Shown: positions 1-13,605, numbered from the stretch's first letter. The stretch: DNA of 64,000 nucleotides from Mobula birostris (GCF_030028105.1 NC_092395.1:22846424-22910423); one strand, 5' to 3'. The notes: a model not told the origin generated them from the letters alone. Numbers and translations: made by a program.

Positions 1-469
1 TCTAAATAAGAGCAATCCAACTAAATCACTCCCCTGCTCGCTCCCAATAAACTTGTAAGCCCTTCCGTCTCAGATTATCCCACTCCCTTCAGAGTGTATT
101 ATGAACGTGCCTCCACGACCCCAAATCATTTGCTGTGTAAAAGCGAATAGGAAGGGAAATAAAAGCCCAAATTTCTGTGACACAAACTAATGAATATCTT
201 TTGATTAAAAATACAGGCTGAGGATGTTAAATAAATGCTAGTTTTTTTTAAGCTAATGCCATTACAGTCGGGATTGTGTGTCTGTTTGGTGGAAATCTCA
301 GGGAGTTTTGAAAAGTTATTTCAACGCACTGAGTGACTGGAAGGGATCAGATTATGAATACAAAGTAAGTTTTAATTTAAAAGAAACAAAATTATCAAAT
401 TCAAAAGGCAGCAGTTTTGTTTCAGATGAACACGGCAGAAAGTCCCTGAATTTCCTCTTGGTTGACAGT

Positions 470-580
470 CACTTTAAATTGGCGCTCCCACGATAGCCAA
501 TCAAATACGCTTCCGTTCGGGACGGGGCCACGCGTCTCCATGGCGATAGAATGTTGGCGCCCGCACAGTTTTGGCGGGTT
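470..580. promoter_or_regulatory. CpG-rich E2F/CCAAT motif cluster in intron 1 of the ZNF367-like gene
   Basis: TTGGCGC at 479-485 and 554-560, TTTTGGCGGG at 569-578, CCAAT at 497-501, CTTCCG (ETS-like) at 510-515, TTTAAA (CHR-like) at 473-478. Confidence 0.5.
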
Positions 581-1145
581 CTATGCGGATATTTTGCAAC
601 ATAAGATCATTCAATAACAAAAGCGAAACAACCCCCCAACATATTCAGCAACAATATTAATTTTATTTTTAAAATCTATGTAAACTACGTTTAACAATCA
701 CAACGATGATCAGAAAAGAGGAGACTTTGCAAGCTGTGGGTTTGCTTACATTTAATTGAAATATAATATCTGTAAAAGTACCGTTCTGTTTAGAAACCAC
801 AATTATGTGTTTTCTTAAATTTAAAAACATATGAAAAGCACATTGCTCTGAGGGGAGGAAATGAAACTAAGATTTCCAGCAAACTTGCTTGGCAATAGAC
901 CAAACGCACATCTGCAACTGAACTACAGAAACACTTTTAAGTAACTTAACATTAATAACGATTTAAAATACAAATACAAACTGATTTTGGTTAAATGCAA
1001 AGAAAGTCTTTGTTAAATGTCGTTCTCGCTTTTTCGCGGATAAGGTATTAAAATTCTGTTTGACATCCCCTTATCTCTGCAGAACTCCCCTTCGAGATTC
1101 ATTTAATAGACAGAAATTATTGCCAGAAAGGCAACTTTCATTTAC

Positions 1146-1376
1146 CTTGTAGGCGGGGAGGTCAGGACTCTGCCCGGGTGAGATAGATCCTGCCGATCCG
1201 ATGCTGGGAGTCGGACTGGGGCTTATGCTGTTGGAGCTTTCCGGCCATTGGCATGGTAAATACATTGACAAGTGACCCAGATTTACCTCCTCTGCATTGC
1301 ATGTAGATTTAATTACAGAGACGATCATCCGCTTGGGTGAATCGCAACCTGCAGCGCCAGACATAATGATATACAT
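1146..1376 (-). CDS. First coding exon of a ZNF367-like C2H2 zinc-finger gene; the rest lies left of the window
   Basis: Translation (MYII)MSGAAGCDSPKRMIVSVIKST...SPDLPAYK resembles the ZNF367 N-terminus as recalled (DSPKRVLVSVIRTT ... SPDSGHLK). Ends at a phase-0 donor AAG|GTAAAT (1146/1145). Start is ATG 1376 or 1364. Confidence 0.7.
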
Positions 1377-1384
1377 TGATTTTT

Positions 1385-1590
1385 CGTTTCAAAAACAGAA
1401 AAGTATAGTTCTTGTAAAGTCTCTTATCCTCCGTGTCTCTCCCGCGTATTTTTGGCTTCTGGGAAATTTCATTGACCAATCAGACCAGAGACACGAGGGA
1501 GCACCCGCGCTTTTCGCCCAATCAGCTGCTGAGTTTGTGTGTCAAAGCTGGCATTTAAACTGATCTTTAAAGCTGTGAGCGCCTTTAAAA
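1385..1590 (-). promoter_or_regulatory. Cell-cycle-type promoter of the ZNF367-like gene
   Basis: CCAAT boxes at 1476-1480 and 1518-1522, E2F-like TCCCGCG (1440-1446) and TTTTCGCC (1511-1518), CHR TTTGAA on the minus strand (1388-1393), TTTAAA at 1554, 1566 and 1584. Confidence 0.55.
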
Positions 1591-2850
1591 ACTCTCCAAA
1601 TGACTCAAATGCTGGCAAGGTTGATGCGGGACTGCGCATTATCCTGTGTTAGCAATAAGAAAAGTATGCTTTTAAAAAGCGCTTCCTTTACTTTTAACGT
1701 ACAGTAACATCGAACAAATTAAAGTTTAAAGGGGCAATTCTTTTGTCGACATAATCTTTATGTAACCTAGAGCATGATTAAGAATTAGGGGCAGGAATAG
1801 GTCACATGGCTTTTCCCTCTTATCCCATTCACTAAAATCAATCCGTTAGCATCCAAAAGTGTGTTGACTTTAGATTTTAATATGCACGATAAAATATCTA
1901 TAATTGCAATAAAACATTTTCTTTCACTTTAATCCCCTTGTAATAAAAACTAACAAATTGTTTGCCGTCTGAATTCTTTGATGCACCTTTCTGATTCACG
2001 TAGGACACACTTTCCCTTCTGAAAACCACATACTCACTCACCTTCTAAATAAACTGTTTTTCTAATAATGTAATCTCCATACTCCATCTGCTACTTGTGA
2101 CATTTTAGTTTCAGATGATTTCAGGCATTTCATTTAACTAGTTTATGGTGCACCTTAACTTTCCCTTTTCCTAAGCCTAGATTTATTAATTCTATCTCAC
2201 AATAGCGTGCAGTTTCTTCTAAAATGTTTCTATTCCATCTACTACAATCACTCCTAAAGCGTTTTGTGTCCAGACTCATATAACAAGGCGGCTATCACTA
2301 ATCATCCCTGCTTCATGTTGGCTACTTAAATCCCTCCAGAAAATATTCATTCTTTCTGCGTGAGTGTAATGCATGTAATTTATTGTCCTACTGGAGAAAC
2401 GAAAATCTGCAGATGCTGAAGGATCTCAGCAGATCGAGCAATATTCGTGGAGGGAAAAATATTTATTGTTCTCTATTCTTGGACTGTGTCCATAAGTTTG
2501 CATTTCTTGGTGTTGATCGCGGAACCCAAAAAATAAACAGAAACTCTTGTTCTTCTTTTCCTGTCAAGGTGAATCAAGATAAGATGTAGTGATTCGGGGC
2601 ATTTTTTTTAAATAGAAGTGGGGTGAATAACAAGTTATGGCAGTACACCACACCTCGAAAGCAAAATAATGCAGATGCTGTAAATATGATTTTTTTTAAA
2701 AAAAGAAAAATGTTAACAACATTCAGCACATTGCAGAGCACCTGCAGAGTGAAATAGAGTTAGTATTTCATATTGATGACTATTCATTGGACACTTAAAA
2801 ATATATACAGACAACAGGAAGAGGAAAAAGTGAAAAGCTCTTTGACGGAA

Positions 2851-2944
2851 CACACATAGAAGTTGCTGGTGAAGCGCTCACCAGCAACTTTTATGTATGT
2901 TGCTTGAATTTCCAGCATCTGCAGAATTCCTGTTGTTTGCGTTT
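2851..2944. mobile_element. Short, partly inverted Penelope-type terminal-repeat insertion with 16-bp TSD
   Basis: Flanked by AAGCTCTTTGACGGAA at 2835-2850 and 2945-2960. Sequence matches the repeat at 3611-3700 and 61016-61197. Confidence 0.8.
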
Positions 2945-3610
2945 AAGCTCTTTGACGGAATGGGAGCCAGGGGTAACTACACAAGGTAGAAGGAAATAAT
3001 GCAACAAATCATCAGTTTCTCTGTATCTTAAACATTGTTACATACTTCCCCCCACCAACGCCACCCAAGTTTTGACACTAGAGCATTGTCCTGAACTGCT
3101 GGTGTGGATCTTGTGAGTAAATGGATACAAGGCCATGATTTCTCCACGATATTATCAATCCTGAAAATCTTGGATTTACTGAGATATGGAATACTGAAAC
3201 AGGCAATGCTCCCTACGTGCAATCTAATAGCCAAGATTCCACAGGATCATTGTGAAAGCGGTTCTCAAATCCTGCACTATTAATCTAATGCTGGAACCAA
3301 GTTTCTTTCATTTCGATGGACATTATAAGGCTGTAGATATAAAACAAAGTTCCAATCATATTGATTTAAATTTTTTAAAAATCTAATTTTAAAAATTATT
3401 AACTGAAATTATTTAAATATAATTCAAACAATTGACAGCTGGCAAAGCTGGGTGATGGTCTTGGTGGTTGTCAAACCATTTATGGATGTTTCTGTATCCA
3501 GACTTCCTCCACAAACCACCACTGACAACCCTGTCCAGCAGGTGCAGGCTAAAATACTGCTCCTCGTTCTTTTAAATCTCTTTCCACAGAACTGGGCTAA
3601 CCTGCTGTGC

Positions 3611-3860
3611 TAACAACAGGAATTCTGCAGATGCTGGAAATTCAAGCAACACACACAAAAGTTGCTGGTGAACGCAGCAGGCCAGGCAGCATCTCTAGGA
3701 AGAGGTGCAGTGGATGTCTCAGGCCCAGACCCTTCGTCAGGACTAACTGAAGGAAGAGTGAGTAAGGGATTTGAAAGTTGGAGGGGGAGGGGGAGATCCA
3801 AAATGATAGGAGAAGACAGGAGGGGGAGGGATGGAGCCAAGAGCTGGACAGGTGATAGGC
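3611..3860 (-). mobile_element. Penelope-like element 3' end with degenerate hammerhead core
   Basis: Same repeat that follows the GIY-YIG ORF at 60690-61197. Minus strand reads gtc-CTGACGA-agggtctgggcct-GAGA-catc. Confidence 0.75.
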
Positions 3861-4090
3861 TTTAACATTAATCTAAATTTATAACTTGACACCCTCTGCT
3901 GAAAAGACTCAGGTATTACACCAACATAGAACATCAACAATAATCTACATTTATATGGCATATTTAATGTAGAAAATTACCCCTAGATTCTTCACACAGT
4001 TGTAATTTGAAACAAGGAAAATCTGGGGCAGGGAAAGTGACATGATTATGATTATGTTTGGTCAAAAAGATGAATTTAAAGAGGATGTTG

Positions 4091-5470
4091 AATCAGAATC
4101 AGGTTTATCACCACCAGCATGTGACTTGATATTTGTTAACTTAGCAGCAGCAGTTCAATGCAATACATAATATAGAAAAAAATAAATGAATAAAGTAAAT
4201 CAATTACAGTATACATATATTGAATAGATTAAATATCATGCAAAAAAGAAATAATATATATTTAAAAAGTGAGATAGTGTTCACGGGTTTAATGTCAATT
4301 TAGGAATCGGATGGCAGAGGGGAAGAAGCTGTTCCTGAATCGCTGAGTGTGTGCCTTCAGGCTTCTGCACCTCCTACCTGATGGTAACAGTGAGAAAAGG
4401 GCATATGGATGCTGCCTTTCTGGCATACCGTTCCTTGAAGATGTCCTGGGTACTTTGCAGGCTAGTACCCAGATGGATCTGACTAGATTTATGAACTCCT
4501 GCAGCTTCTTTCAGTCCTGTGCAGTCACTCCCTCTCCCCCACCAACCCTCATACCAGACAGTGATGCAGCCTGTCAGAATGCTCTCCATGGTACACCTAT
4601 AGAAGTTTTTGAGTGCTTCTGTTTATATACCAAATCTCTTCAAACTCCTAATGAAGTATAGTCGCTGTCTTGCCTTCTTTATAGCTGCATCGATATGTTG
4701 GGACCAGGTTAGGCCCTCAGAGATCTTGACACCCAGGAACTTGAAACTACTCACTCTCTCCACTTCTGATCCCTCTAAGAGGATTGGTATGTGTTTCTTC
4801 GTCTTACCCTTCCTGAAGTCCACAATCAGTTCTTTTGTCTTACTGACATTGAGAGCAAGGTTGTTGCTGCGACACCACTCCACCAGTTGCTACATCTCAC
4901 TCCTGTATGCCTCCTCATCTCCATCTGAGATTCTACCAACAATGGTTGTATCATCAGCAAATTTATAGATGGTATTTGAGCTATGCCTAGCTATGCAGTC
5001 ACGGGTATAGAGAGTAGAGCAGTGATCTATGAGTAAACCCGAGGTGCGCCAGCATTGATTGTCAGCGAGGATATGTTATCATCAATCTGCACAGATTGTG
5101 GTCTTCCGGTTAGGAAGTCAAGGATCCAACTGCAGAGGGAGGTACAGAGGCCCAGGTTCTGCAACTTCTCAATCAGGATTGTGGGAATGATGGTGTTAAA
5201 TGCTGAGCTATAGTTTATGAACAGCATCCTGACATGGGTATTTGTATTGCCCAAGTGGTCTAAGGGCGTGTGAAGAGCCATTGACATAGTGTATCTGCTG
5301 TTGACCTATTGTGGCGATAGGTAAATTGCAGTGGGCCCAGGCCCTTTCCAAGGCAGGATTCAGTCTAGTCATGTCCAACCTCTCAAAACATTTCATCACT
5401 GTAGATGTGAGTGCTACTGGTTCACTGTAGATGTGAGTCATTAAAGCAGCTCATATTATTCTTCTAAGGC
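4091..5470 (-). mobile_element. Rex1/Babar-clade LINE, 5'-truncated and decayed
   Basis: RT fragments ([17 protein letters not shown]; WCRSNNLALNVSKTKELIVDFRK; KKARQRLYFIRSLKRF) and a (CTGATT)n tail at 4091. Confidence 0.85.
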
Positions 5471-5499
5471 ATACATTACTTTACACAAGGAGACAGTAG

Positions 5500-7205
5500 G
5501 TATGCATTTTGCATCACTCTTCACTGTAGAAGACAATAACAGTATGCCAGATGTTGAAGGATGCTAGGGAAGATAAGTGAATGCAGTTGCTATTACAAGG
5601 GAGAAGATGCTCAAAAAGTTGAAAGACCTAAGGGTACGTAAGTCACCTGGACCAGTTGAACTGCACCACAAGGTTCTAAAAGAGGCAGAGGTAGAGATTA
5701 TGGAGGCATTAGTAGTGATCTTTCAAAAATTATTGGACTCTGGCATGGTGCCAGATGACTGAAAAATTGCAAATGTCACACTACTCTTTAAGAAAGGAGG
5801 AAGCAACAGATAGGAAATTATAGACCAGCTAGCCTGACTTCAGTGGTCAGGAAGATGTTGGAGTCAATGCAAGGATTAGTTTATGGTGTACTTGGTGACG
5901 CAGGACAAGATAGGACAAAGTCAACATGGTTTCCTTAAGGGAAAGTCGTTCCTGATGAACCTGTTGGAATTCTTTGAGATTACAAGTAGGATAGATAAAG
6001 GGAATGCAGTGGATGTTGTATATTTGGACTTTCAGAAAGCCTTTGACAAGGTGCCACATGAGGCTGCTTACCAAGTTAAGAGCCCATGGTATTACAGGAA
6101 AGTTACTGCCAAGATTACAGCATTGGCTGATTAGTAGGGGGCAGCGAGTGGGAATAAAACGATCATTTTCTGTCTGGCTGCCAGTGACTCGTGGTGTTTC
6201 GCAGGGGTTGGTTTTAGGACTGCTTCTTTTTATGCTGTATATCAATGATTCAGATAATGGAATAGGTGGTTTTGTTGCCAAGTTTGCAGATGAAACGAAG
6301 ATTGGTGGAGGGGAAGATAGTGTTGAGAAAACAGGTAGGCTGCCGAAGGACTTAGACAGATTAGGAGAATGGGCAAGAAAGTGGCAAATGACATACAATG
6401 TTGAAAAATGCATGCTCATGCACCTTGGTAGAAGTAAATGTGCAGAATATTTTCTAAATGGGGTGGGGACAAATACAAAAATCTGAGATGCATAGGGACT
6501 TGGGAATCCTTGTGTAGAACACTCTAAAGGTTAACTTGCAGGTAGAGTCAGTGGCGAGGAAGGTAAATGTAATGTTAATATTCATTTCAAAAAGTCTAGA
6601 GTACAAAGGCAGGAACATGATGCTGAGGCTTTATAAGGCACTGGTGAGGCTTAAGTATTAATAATAGTTTTGGGCTCCTCATCTAAAATATGTGTTGGCA
6701 TTTAGAGAGGGTTCGGAGGTTCACAAGGATGAGGTTCCAGGAATGAAAGGCTCATCATGAGGAATGTTTGATAGCTCTGAGCCTGTACTCACTGGAATTT
6801 AGAAGGATGAGGAGGATCTCATTCAAACCTTTCGAATGTTGAAAAGCCTAGACAGTGTAGATGTGGAAAGGATGTGTCCCATGATGGGGGAGTCTAGGAC
6901 AAGAGGGCACAGCCTCAGGATAGAGACCTGTCCATTTAAAACAGAGATACGAAGGAATTTCTTTAGCCAGAGGATGGTGAATTTATGGAATGTGTTACCA
7001 CAGGCAGCTGTGAAGACCATGTCGTTGGTGTATTTAAGGCAGAGCTTGAAAGGTTCTTGATTAGGCACTGTATCAAAGGTTACGGGGAAAAAGGCCGAGG
7101 AGTGGGGTTGAGGAGAGGAAAAAACATACCAGCCATGATTGAATGGCAAAGCAGACTCAATGGTCCAAATGGTTTAATTCTGCTCCTATATCTTAAGGTC
7201 TTTAT
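5500..7205 (+). mobile_element. CR1 LINE, decayed
   Basis: [36 protein letters not shown] motifs over several frameshifted ORFs; CR1 3' UTR. Confidence 0.9.
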
Positions 7206-7714
7206 ATAGGGGTTTATATTCACGTCAGAAGTTGACCTTGGGGATGATCAGGCACCATCACTGATGAGACTAGTTTTGGGATTAGATGAGAATTTGGTGG
7301 AAGGGGGTGGTACTATGGAGGTGGTATGAAAGGGATGGTGCAAGTTAGGATACATCGGCAGAGATTTCAATGACTTCCAAGTTTGCTGAACCCTAAACAA
7401 AGACAACTGGCCAGGAATCCACTGGAATGATTGACACGAGTTCACAGCAGCATATAAATTGAGGCTGGATGGAGTTCAGCAAAGGGATGCAAGTAGTATT
7501 AGTGATGGCTCAAACATGTGAGCCAAGGTAGAGTTAAATAGGACACTAAAGTTGTGAACATTTTAACTCAGCCTTAACAGCAAAATAAAGTCAATTACTT
7601 TTGACAATTATTGCATCTTCCTGCAATCCAGTGTGAAGAATGACATGTTCTCATAGCAAAGAGCTCTTTGTTCCCCCTTTATGGCCAAAAAGCTCACTCT
7701 ATTACATCAATAAA

Positions 7715-8365
7715 TTGAAGTTTTGTAGGTACATTTAATATCAGAGAAATGTATACAATATATATCCCGAAATTATTCTTCTTCGCAAACATCCATGAAG
7801 AGGTTTGCCCCAGAGCATGAACGGCAGTTAAATGTAAGAACCTAAAAGCCCCCCCAGCTACCCGCTCCCACACATAAGCAGCAGCAAAGCAACAACCTCC
7901 CTCCCCCACCAGCAGAACCAAGCATCAGCAACCGCCCACTAAGCATTCAAACGTGAAGCAAAACATCAATACAGACAGACTTGCAATAGCCCAGTCTACG
8001 CGTTCACCCGGCATTTGACATACCATAGGCTCTCTCTCTCCCTCCCCCAGTGAAGAAGTATTCCCGTTTTATAGTGAGAGGGGAGACATAAAGCAACTTG
8101 CTGATTTATGGTGTTAAAAGTCTGTGGCATCGCTTTTTTTGAGCTCTGTGTCCAAAGAACTCATCTCCCTGGGCACAGATTTTCCATCTCCAACGACGCA
8201 TCAGGTGGCAGCATCGGCCCTGAATCTGCCCACCTCCAGAACCATGAAAATCCGACACCCTGAAGGCCCGCTAGTCTTCCAGGCGGCATCCTTGTCATAT
8301 CGAAAAGTGGCTGGTCATGAGGCCCCGAGAGAGGGTCCCATTTCTGAAAGAACTGAAGTCTCAGG
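7715..8365 (-). repeat. Probable non-autonomous retroposon, unclassified
   Basis: The left end resembles the Rex-type 3' tail on the minus strand (ATTAAATGTACC...AACTTCA, compare 33480-33500). No ORF. Confidence 0.4.
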
Positions 8366-9382
8366 ACATCAGTTCGTCAACTTACCTTAATCTTTTTATT
8401 ACTTTGGCACAAGGGGACCTCACCAAAAGTCAGAGCACTATAGCACAGAAACAGGCCCTTCAATCCAACTAGTCCATGCCAAATTGTTATTCAGCCTATT
8501 CTCATTGACCTGCACAAGGTAGCAAAGAGGGTTTGTCGCAAGTTCTCCTATCTGAAGGTCTAAAGATGAGGCCACAGCAACAGCGGGACTGCACTGTGTT
8601 GTTACACTTCCATTGGCTCTCAGAATGGGAAGAAGCTATTGAACCCAATTTCTTCTTGAGGGTACAATTCATTGAGTTCTATTGCAAAGCATGCATCGCT
8701 GATAAGGAAGAAATAAAGCTCAATTGGGATGGTACCTGTGTTTGAATAACCTGCTGATGCCGACCTGCATTCACATGGCTGGTCCAGTGAAGTTGTTAAA
8801 AAGGATGCCACTACCCACAGAACTGTATATTCAATGGAGTTCAGAGCAGTGTTGTGCAGAGCAATCAGCAACAAGTGAAAAATACAAAATAACTAATTTA
8901 TATTTGGCATAAAAGACAAAAAGTGAAGCTGTTGCGAATTCAGAATAAAAACTGACACAAGTAACATTGCTGCTGAAATTCAGTTCTATGTACTTTAATA
9001 GAAACAAATTTCAGAAGCCAAGTATAGTACTCAACAGTTATTATATACCACCAAATAACATTTTCAGAGGTAATTTCTCTTTCCTTCAACCTCAATCTCC
9101 ATACAAGGTAATGAAATTTTGCATTACCATAGTCAGTCCACCCATAAAGAATATTCTGGAAAGTACTGATGAGCAGTAACTTGTAGCTATGCAAGTACCA
9201 TGGCTACAAGTTAGCTCAGAGACAGGGTATTCCTGATTCCCCAAATCATTCCAGCATCTTGTATCACAGGAGTCACAGACAGATGATAGAATGCTTAGCG
9301 CTTGCCTGGACAAGCCCAATCCCAGTTGTCACCATGACAAAGCAACCAATTTAAATGGCTATGATCCATCACCCTGAACATT

Positions 9383-10665
9383 CAGAATCAGATTTACTAT
9401 CACCAGCATGTGACATGAAATTTGTTAGCTCAGCAGCAGCAGTTCAATGCAATATATAATCTAGCAAAGAAAAAAAAACATAATAAACAAGTAAATCAAT
9501 TATGTATATTGAATAGATTTTTTAAAAAATGTGCAAAAACAATATTTAAAAAAGTGAGGTAATGTCCAAAGCTTCAATGTCCATTTAGGAATCCGATGGC
9601 AGAGGGGAAGAAGCTGTTCCCGAATCGCTGAGAACGTGCCTTCAGGCTTCTGTACCTCCTTCTTGATGGTAACAGTGAGAAAAGGGCATGCCCTGGGTGC
9701 TGGAGGTCCTTAATAATGGATGCTTCCTTTCTGAGACACCGCTCCCTAAAGATGTCCTGGGTACTTTGTAGGCTGGTGCCTAAGATGGAGCTGACTAGAT
9801 TTACAACCTTCTGCAGCTTCTTTCCGTCCTGTGCAGTAGCCCCTCCATACCAGGTAGTGATGCAGCCTGTCAGAATGCTCTCCACGGTACAACTATAGAA
9901 GCATTTGAGTGTATTTGTTGACATGCCAAATCTCTTCAAACTCCCAATAAAGTATAGCTGCTGTCTTGCCTTCTTTATGACTATATCAATATGTTGGGAC
10001 CAGGTTAGATCCTCAGAGATCTTCATGCCCAGCAACTTGAAGCTGCTCACTCCCTCCACTTCTGATCTCTCTATGAGGATTGGTATGTGTTCCTTCATCT
10101 TACCCTTCCTGAAATCCACAATCAGCTCTTTCCTCTTACTGACGTTGAATGCCAGGTTGTTCCTGTGGCATCATTTCACTAGTTGGCGTATCTCACTCCT
10201 GTACACCCTCTCGTCACCACCTGATTCTACCAACAATGGTTGCATCGTTAGCAAATTTATAGATGGTATTTGAGCTATGCCTAGCCACATAGTCATGTGT
10301 ATACACAAAGTGTAGAGCAGTGGGTGAAGCACACACCCCTGAGGTGCGCCAGTGTTGATTGTCAGTGAGGAGGATATGTTATCACCAATCCACACAGACT
10401 GTAGTCTTTCGGTTAGAAAGTCGAGGATCCATTTGCAGAGGGTGGTACGGAGGCCGAGGTTCTGCAGCTTCTCAATCAGGATTGTTGGAATGATGGTATT
10501 AAATGCTGAGTTATAGTCGATGAACAGCATCCTGACGGAGGTGTTTGTGTTGTCTAGGTGGTCTAAAGTCCTGTGGAGAGCCATTGAGATTGCATCTGCC
10601 ATTGACCTATTACGGCGATAGGCGAATTGCAATGGGCCCAGATCCTTGCTGAGGCAGGATTTTAT
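9383..10665 (-). mobile_element. Rex1/Babar-clade LINE, same family as 4091-5470
   Basis: [46 protein letters not shown] motifs; same 3' UTR and tail as the 4091 copy. Confidence 0.88.
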
Positions 10666-11165
10666 TCGCCAATCTGGGTAACTTCTAGATACCACACATA
10701 TAACTCACTAAATACATAAACACTATCATGTAGGAACAAAGCAACAGATACTGCTATCTACAAATTTTCTATTTCACACAACATCCTAACTTAGAAATGT
10801 ATCATAATTATTGTGCTAAAGGATTCCAGATCTTAGTGCAATGAAATGGGAGTACATACTTTCACCAAAATGAAGAGTGGTTCAGAAAGGCAGCTCACTG
10901 CCTTATTTTCAAGGACAAAGGCAATAAAATTTAGCCTCGCAAGTGACTTCCACAGAGCACAAGTTAAAAAAAAGCAATTGCAGAAACAGACTTATCTAAG
11001 TTTATCAAACCAAATTCCAAAAATATACTAATAAATTCTGGGAGTAGTCATTACATTATTCTACACACTAGCAGTAAAACTTTAGCATATTGCATTTCAC
11101 TTAAGGTTATTCTCTCAAAAAAAAATTGCACAACTCCAGCCATATCATAAAGGGACACAAATGTA

Positions 11166-11171
11166 TTTATT
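11166..11171 (-). terminator. Candidate THOP1 poly(A) signal
   Basis: AATAAA on the minus strand followed by a GU-rich TTTGTGT, near the end of a largely TE-free stretch downstream of the stop codon. Other AATAAA copies lie near 11483 and 11980. Confidence 0.3.
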
Positions 11172-13605
11172 ACACGGTAGCATTCTTTACATCATGTACT
11201 TCCCTTAGTACATAATTAGACTCCTATTCATAGTGTTCTATCATGTCACTATATTAAACTATACTAAATTGTGGGACCCAAATGGGCAATTTCCCAACAG
11301 CACCAGTGTCACATAAGAGGTAATGGGTCTCTGCTTAAAACACACAATCAACAATATAAACATATTCTTTATGAGAAAGCTTGCTTAAATTACTGAGTTG
11401 TACAACTTCCTTTCTTTACAGGTCATGAATTCACCTTTTAACACATGACAAATTACATCAACTCCATATCACTGCAACTCCCTTTATTTAGTATAAATTT
11501 TCTAGATTTAAGAAATGCCTTTGTAACAATTATTTTGTTGTGATCATACTTAACTGCCAACTCTTTTCTTACTGATATCATTAGCAATGTTTAAAAATTG
11601 CAGGGTTAAAGGATAATGTTATAATTTAGTTTGATAATGCAAGTAAGAGCATAAAAGATATGGTCTTTTGAGATAAGGATTCGGCCAGAATGGGTGGTGA
11701 AGTCACTCAAGAGCAACCTTGACATGAAGTAAAGAAATCAACTTTTGACCATAGATACTATTGAAAGTACAGAAAATCAGAGCATCAGATCTAAATTCCT
11801 CCACCAAACAATAGCCATGATGGTCCAAGGCAGTGTTTGCAATTACAAATGTTGAAACTGAAGGCTGCGCCACTTTCGAAACAAGGGGCAATTATGTCCA
11901 ATGTTATATTTTTGTCAAATATTAGGCAATAATCCGTTTGACATTGACAGACTTTCATTGATAAAAGTCACATGTCAATTTATTGACGAAAATAAATTCC
12001 TGTTTTATCTCCACCTTACACAAGAAACCCTTTTCATGAATTTTCACAGTACTGGTGCTCCATTCTGCCAAATAATTATTCATACCCCTTTGTACTGGAA
12101 GCCCCAGCAGCTCAGGGGTTTAAGCTGCAGTACATTAGCTGGAAGATCTCATCAGATCTTTGATTGACATTGATGTTCTTACTAACCAGTAAGAAAATAT
12201 TGCAAATAATCTTAGGGTTAAATGTCCAGAATCCAAGCAGTATTCAGTACAACACAAGAACAAATTGACAGAAAATACCCTTTATCATTATATAACCTTG
12301 CTCTGCTGAAAAAAAGAATGAGACTTATTTTAGGAAAAGAGGTGTGGAGACTTCATCAAGGTGTGTGCCATGCTCTGCAACCTACCCATATTAAGACAGA
12401 GAAAGAACTGCATGGAGACCTGGGAGCCATGACACAGAGCCTGTAGATATGAACAAATAGGAAGAGTACGAGGCTTTCAGAGAGACATTCCTGTTCAACA
12501 TCAATAGCTTTTACCTCAGTGAGCACAGGAAAAGGGCATTGTCCAGATGCCATATTTCTAATCAAGGACCTTTTCATAATGCGCTTTTGAAACGTTATTC
12601 TTTCCCACACAAAAAAAAAGGCATCTCCACACTCTAGTAATACTGTATATCACACTAAAGTTTACATACTTAAGTATCCCAGCACCAGATACACTGGGAC
12701 CAAAGTGAAAAAGAATCTAATGCACCATAAAACAATATTATATTCATCCTTTAATGTTCTACTTTTGTTATCCTCAGGTAAAATTCCACATATGGCAGAC
12801 GTACTTCTCTCATCACTCATGGAACAAATCTTCAAATAAGGTTGTTGGACAACTTTGGAGAGCAAGGGCGCCCCCACATCTCTCCATCTTTCCTTAAATC
12901 AAATGAGAAAACCCACTAAAGTCACATTGGTTGAGCTCAACTAAGCCCAAATAGAAAAATTTCCTGATCTTTGTGCCAATTACTGTAGACAATCACCAGA
13001 TACATTTTGTGCAAAAAAAAGCACATTGCCATCAACATTTCCTCTCTATTGTAATAAGATTTATACTCTGATCGAATCACATAATTGATTTGTTTTCTTT
13101 TTGAAAGATGAAAATTATTAACATCTTCTCTAGAAGCTGGCAATTGATTCCTGAAGTTTTGAACTGGGTACACATCATGTGTTAGGTAGTGAAAAATGGC
13201 AAACTACCCTATTACTCTGCAGCTCAATCCATCTAAGATTAGTCTAACTTTTTGGGAAATACCCTCACATAATTGAACTAGTGCCACTGATCCAGAGCAA
13301 CAGCTTCAGACAATTTTACTCTTTCTAGGTAAACAAGGAGAGATTGCGGTGAGGAGTTCATTTATGAGAAAAGGGCTCATGTTTGGTTCTCCTTTCTCAA
13401 TGGAGCGAATACAATTGAATTTTTTTTCCTCAAGTTTTAAAATATCTTGTTTCATTAAAGGGTTTTGCTAGAACAACAAATTCTGGTTAACCCATTAGCA
13501 GGCTGCAGTTGAACAACACATATATGAAAAAAAAAAATCCATCTGGAGAGCAGTTCATCTACTGTGCCATGGTGGAAGATGTACATGATGTACAGGGAGA
13601 CAATC

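Noticed and set aside
5396-5438. 17-bp direct repeat TCACTGTAGATGTGAGT
   Set aside because: A local duplication inside a dead Rex LINE with no functional indication.
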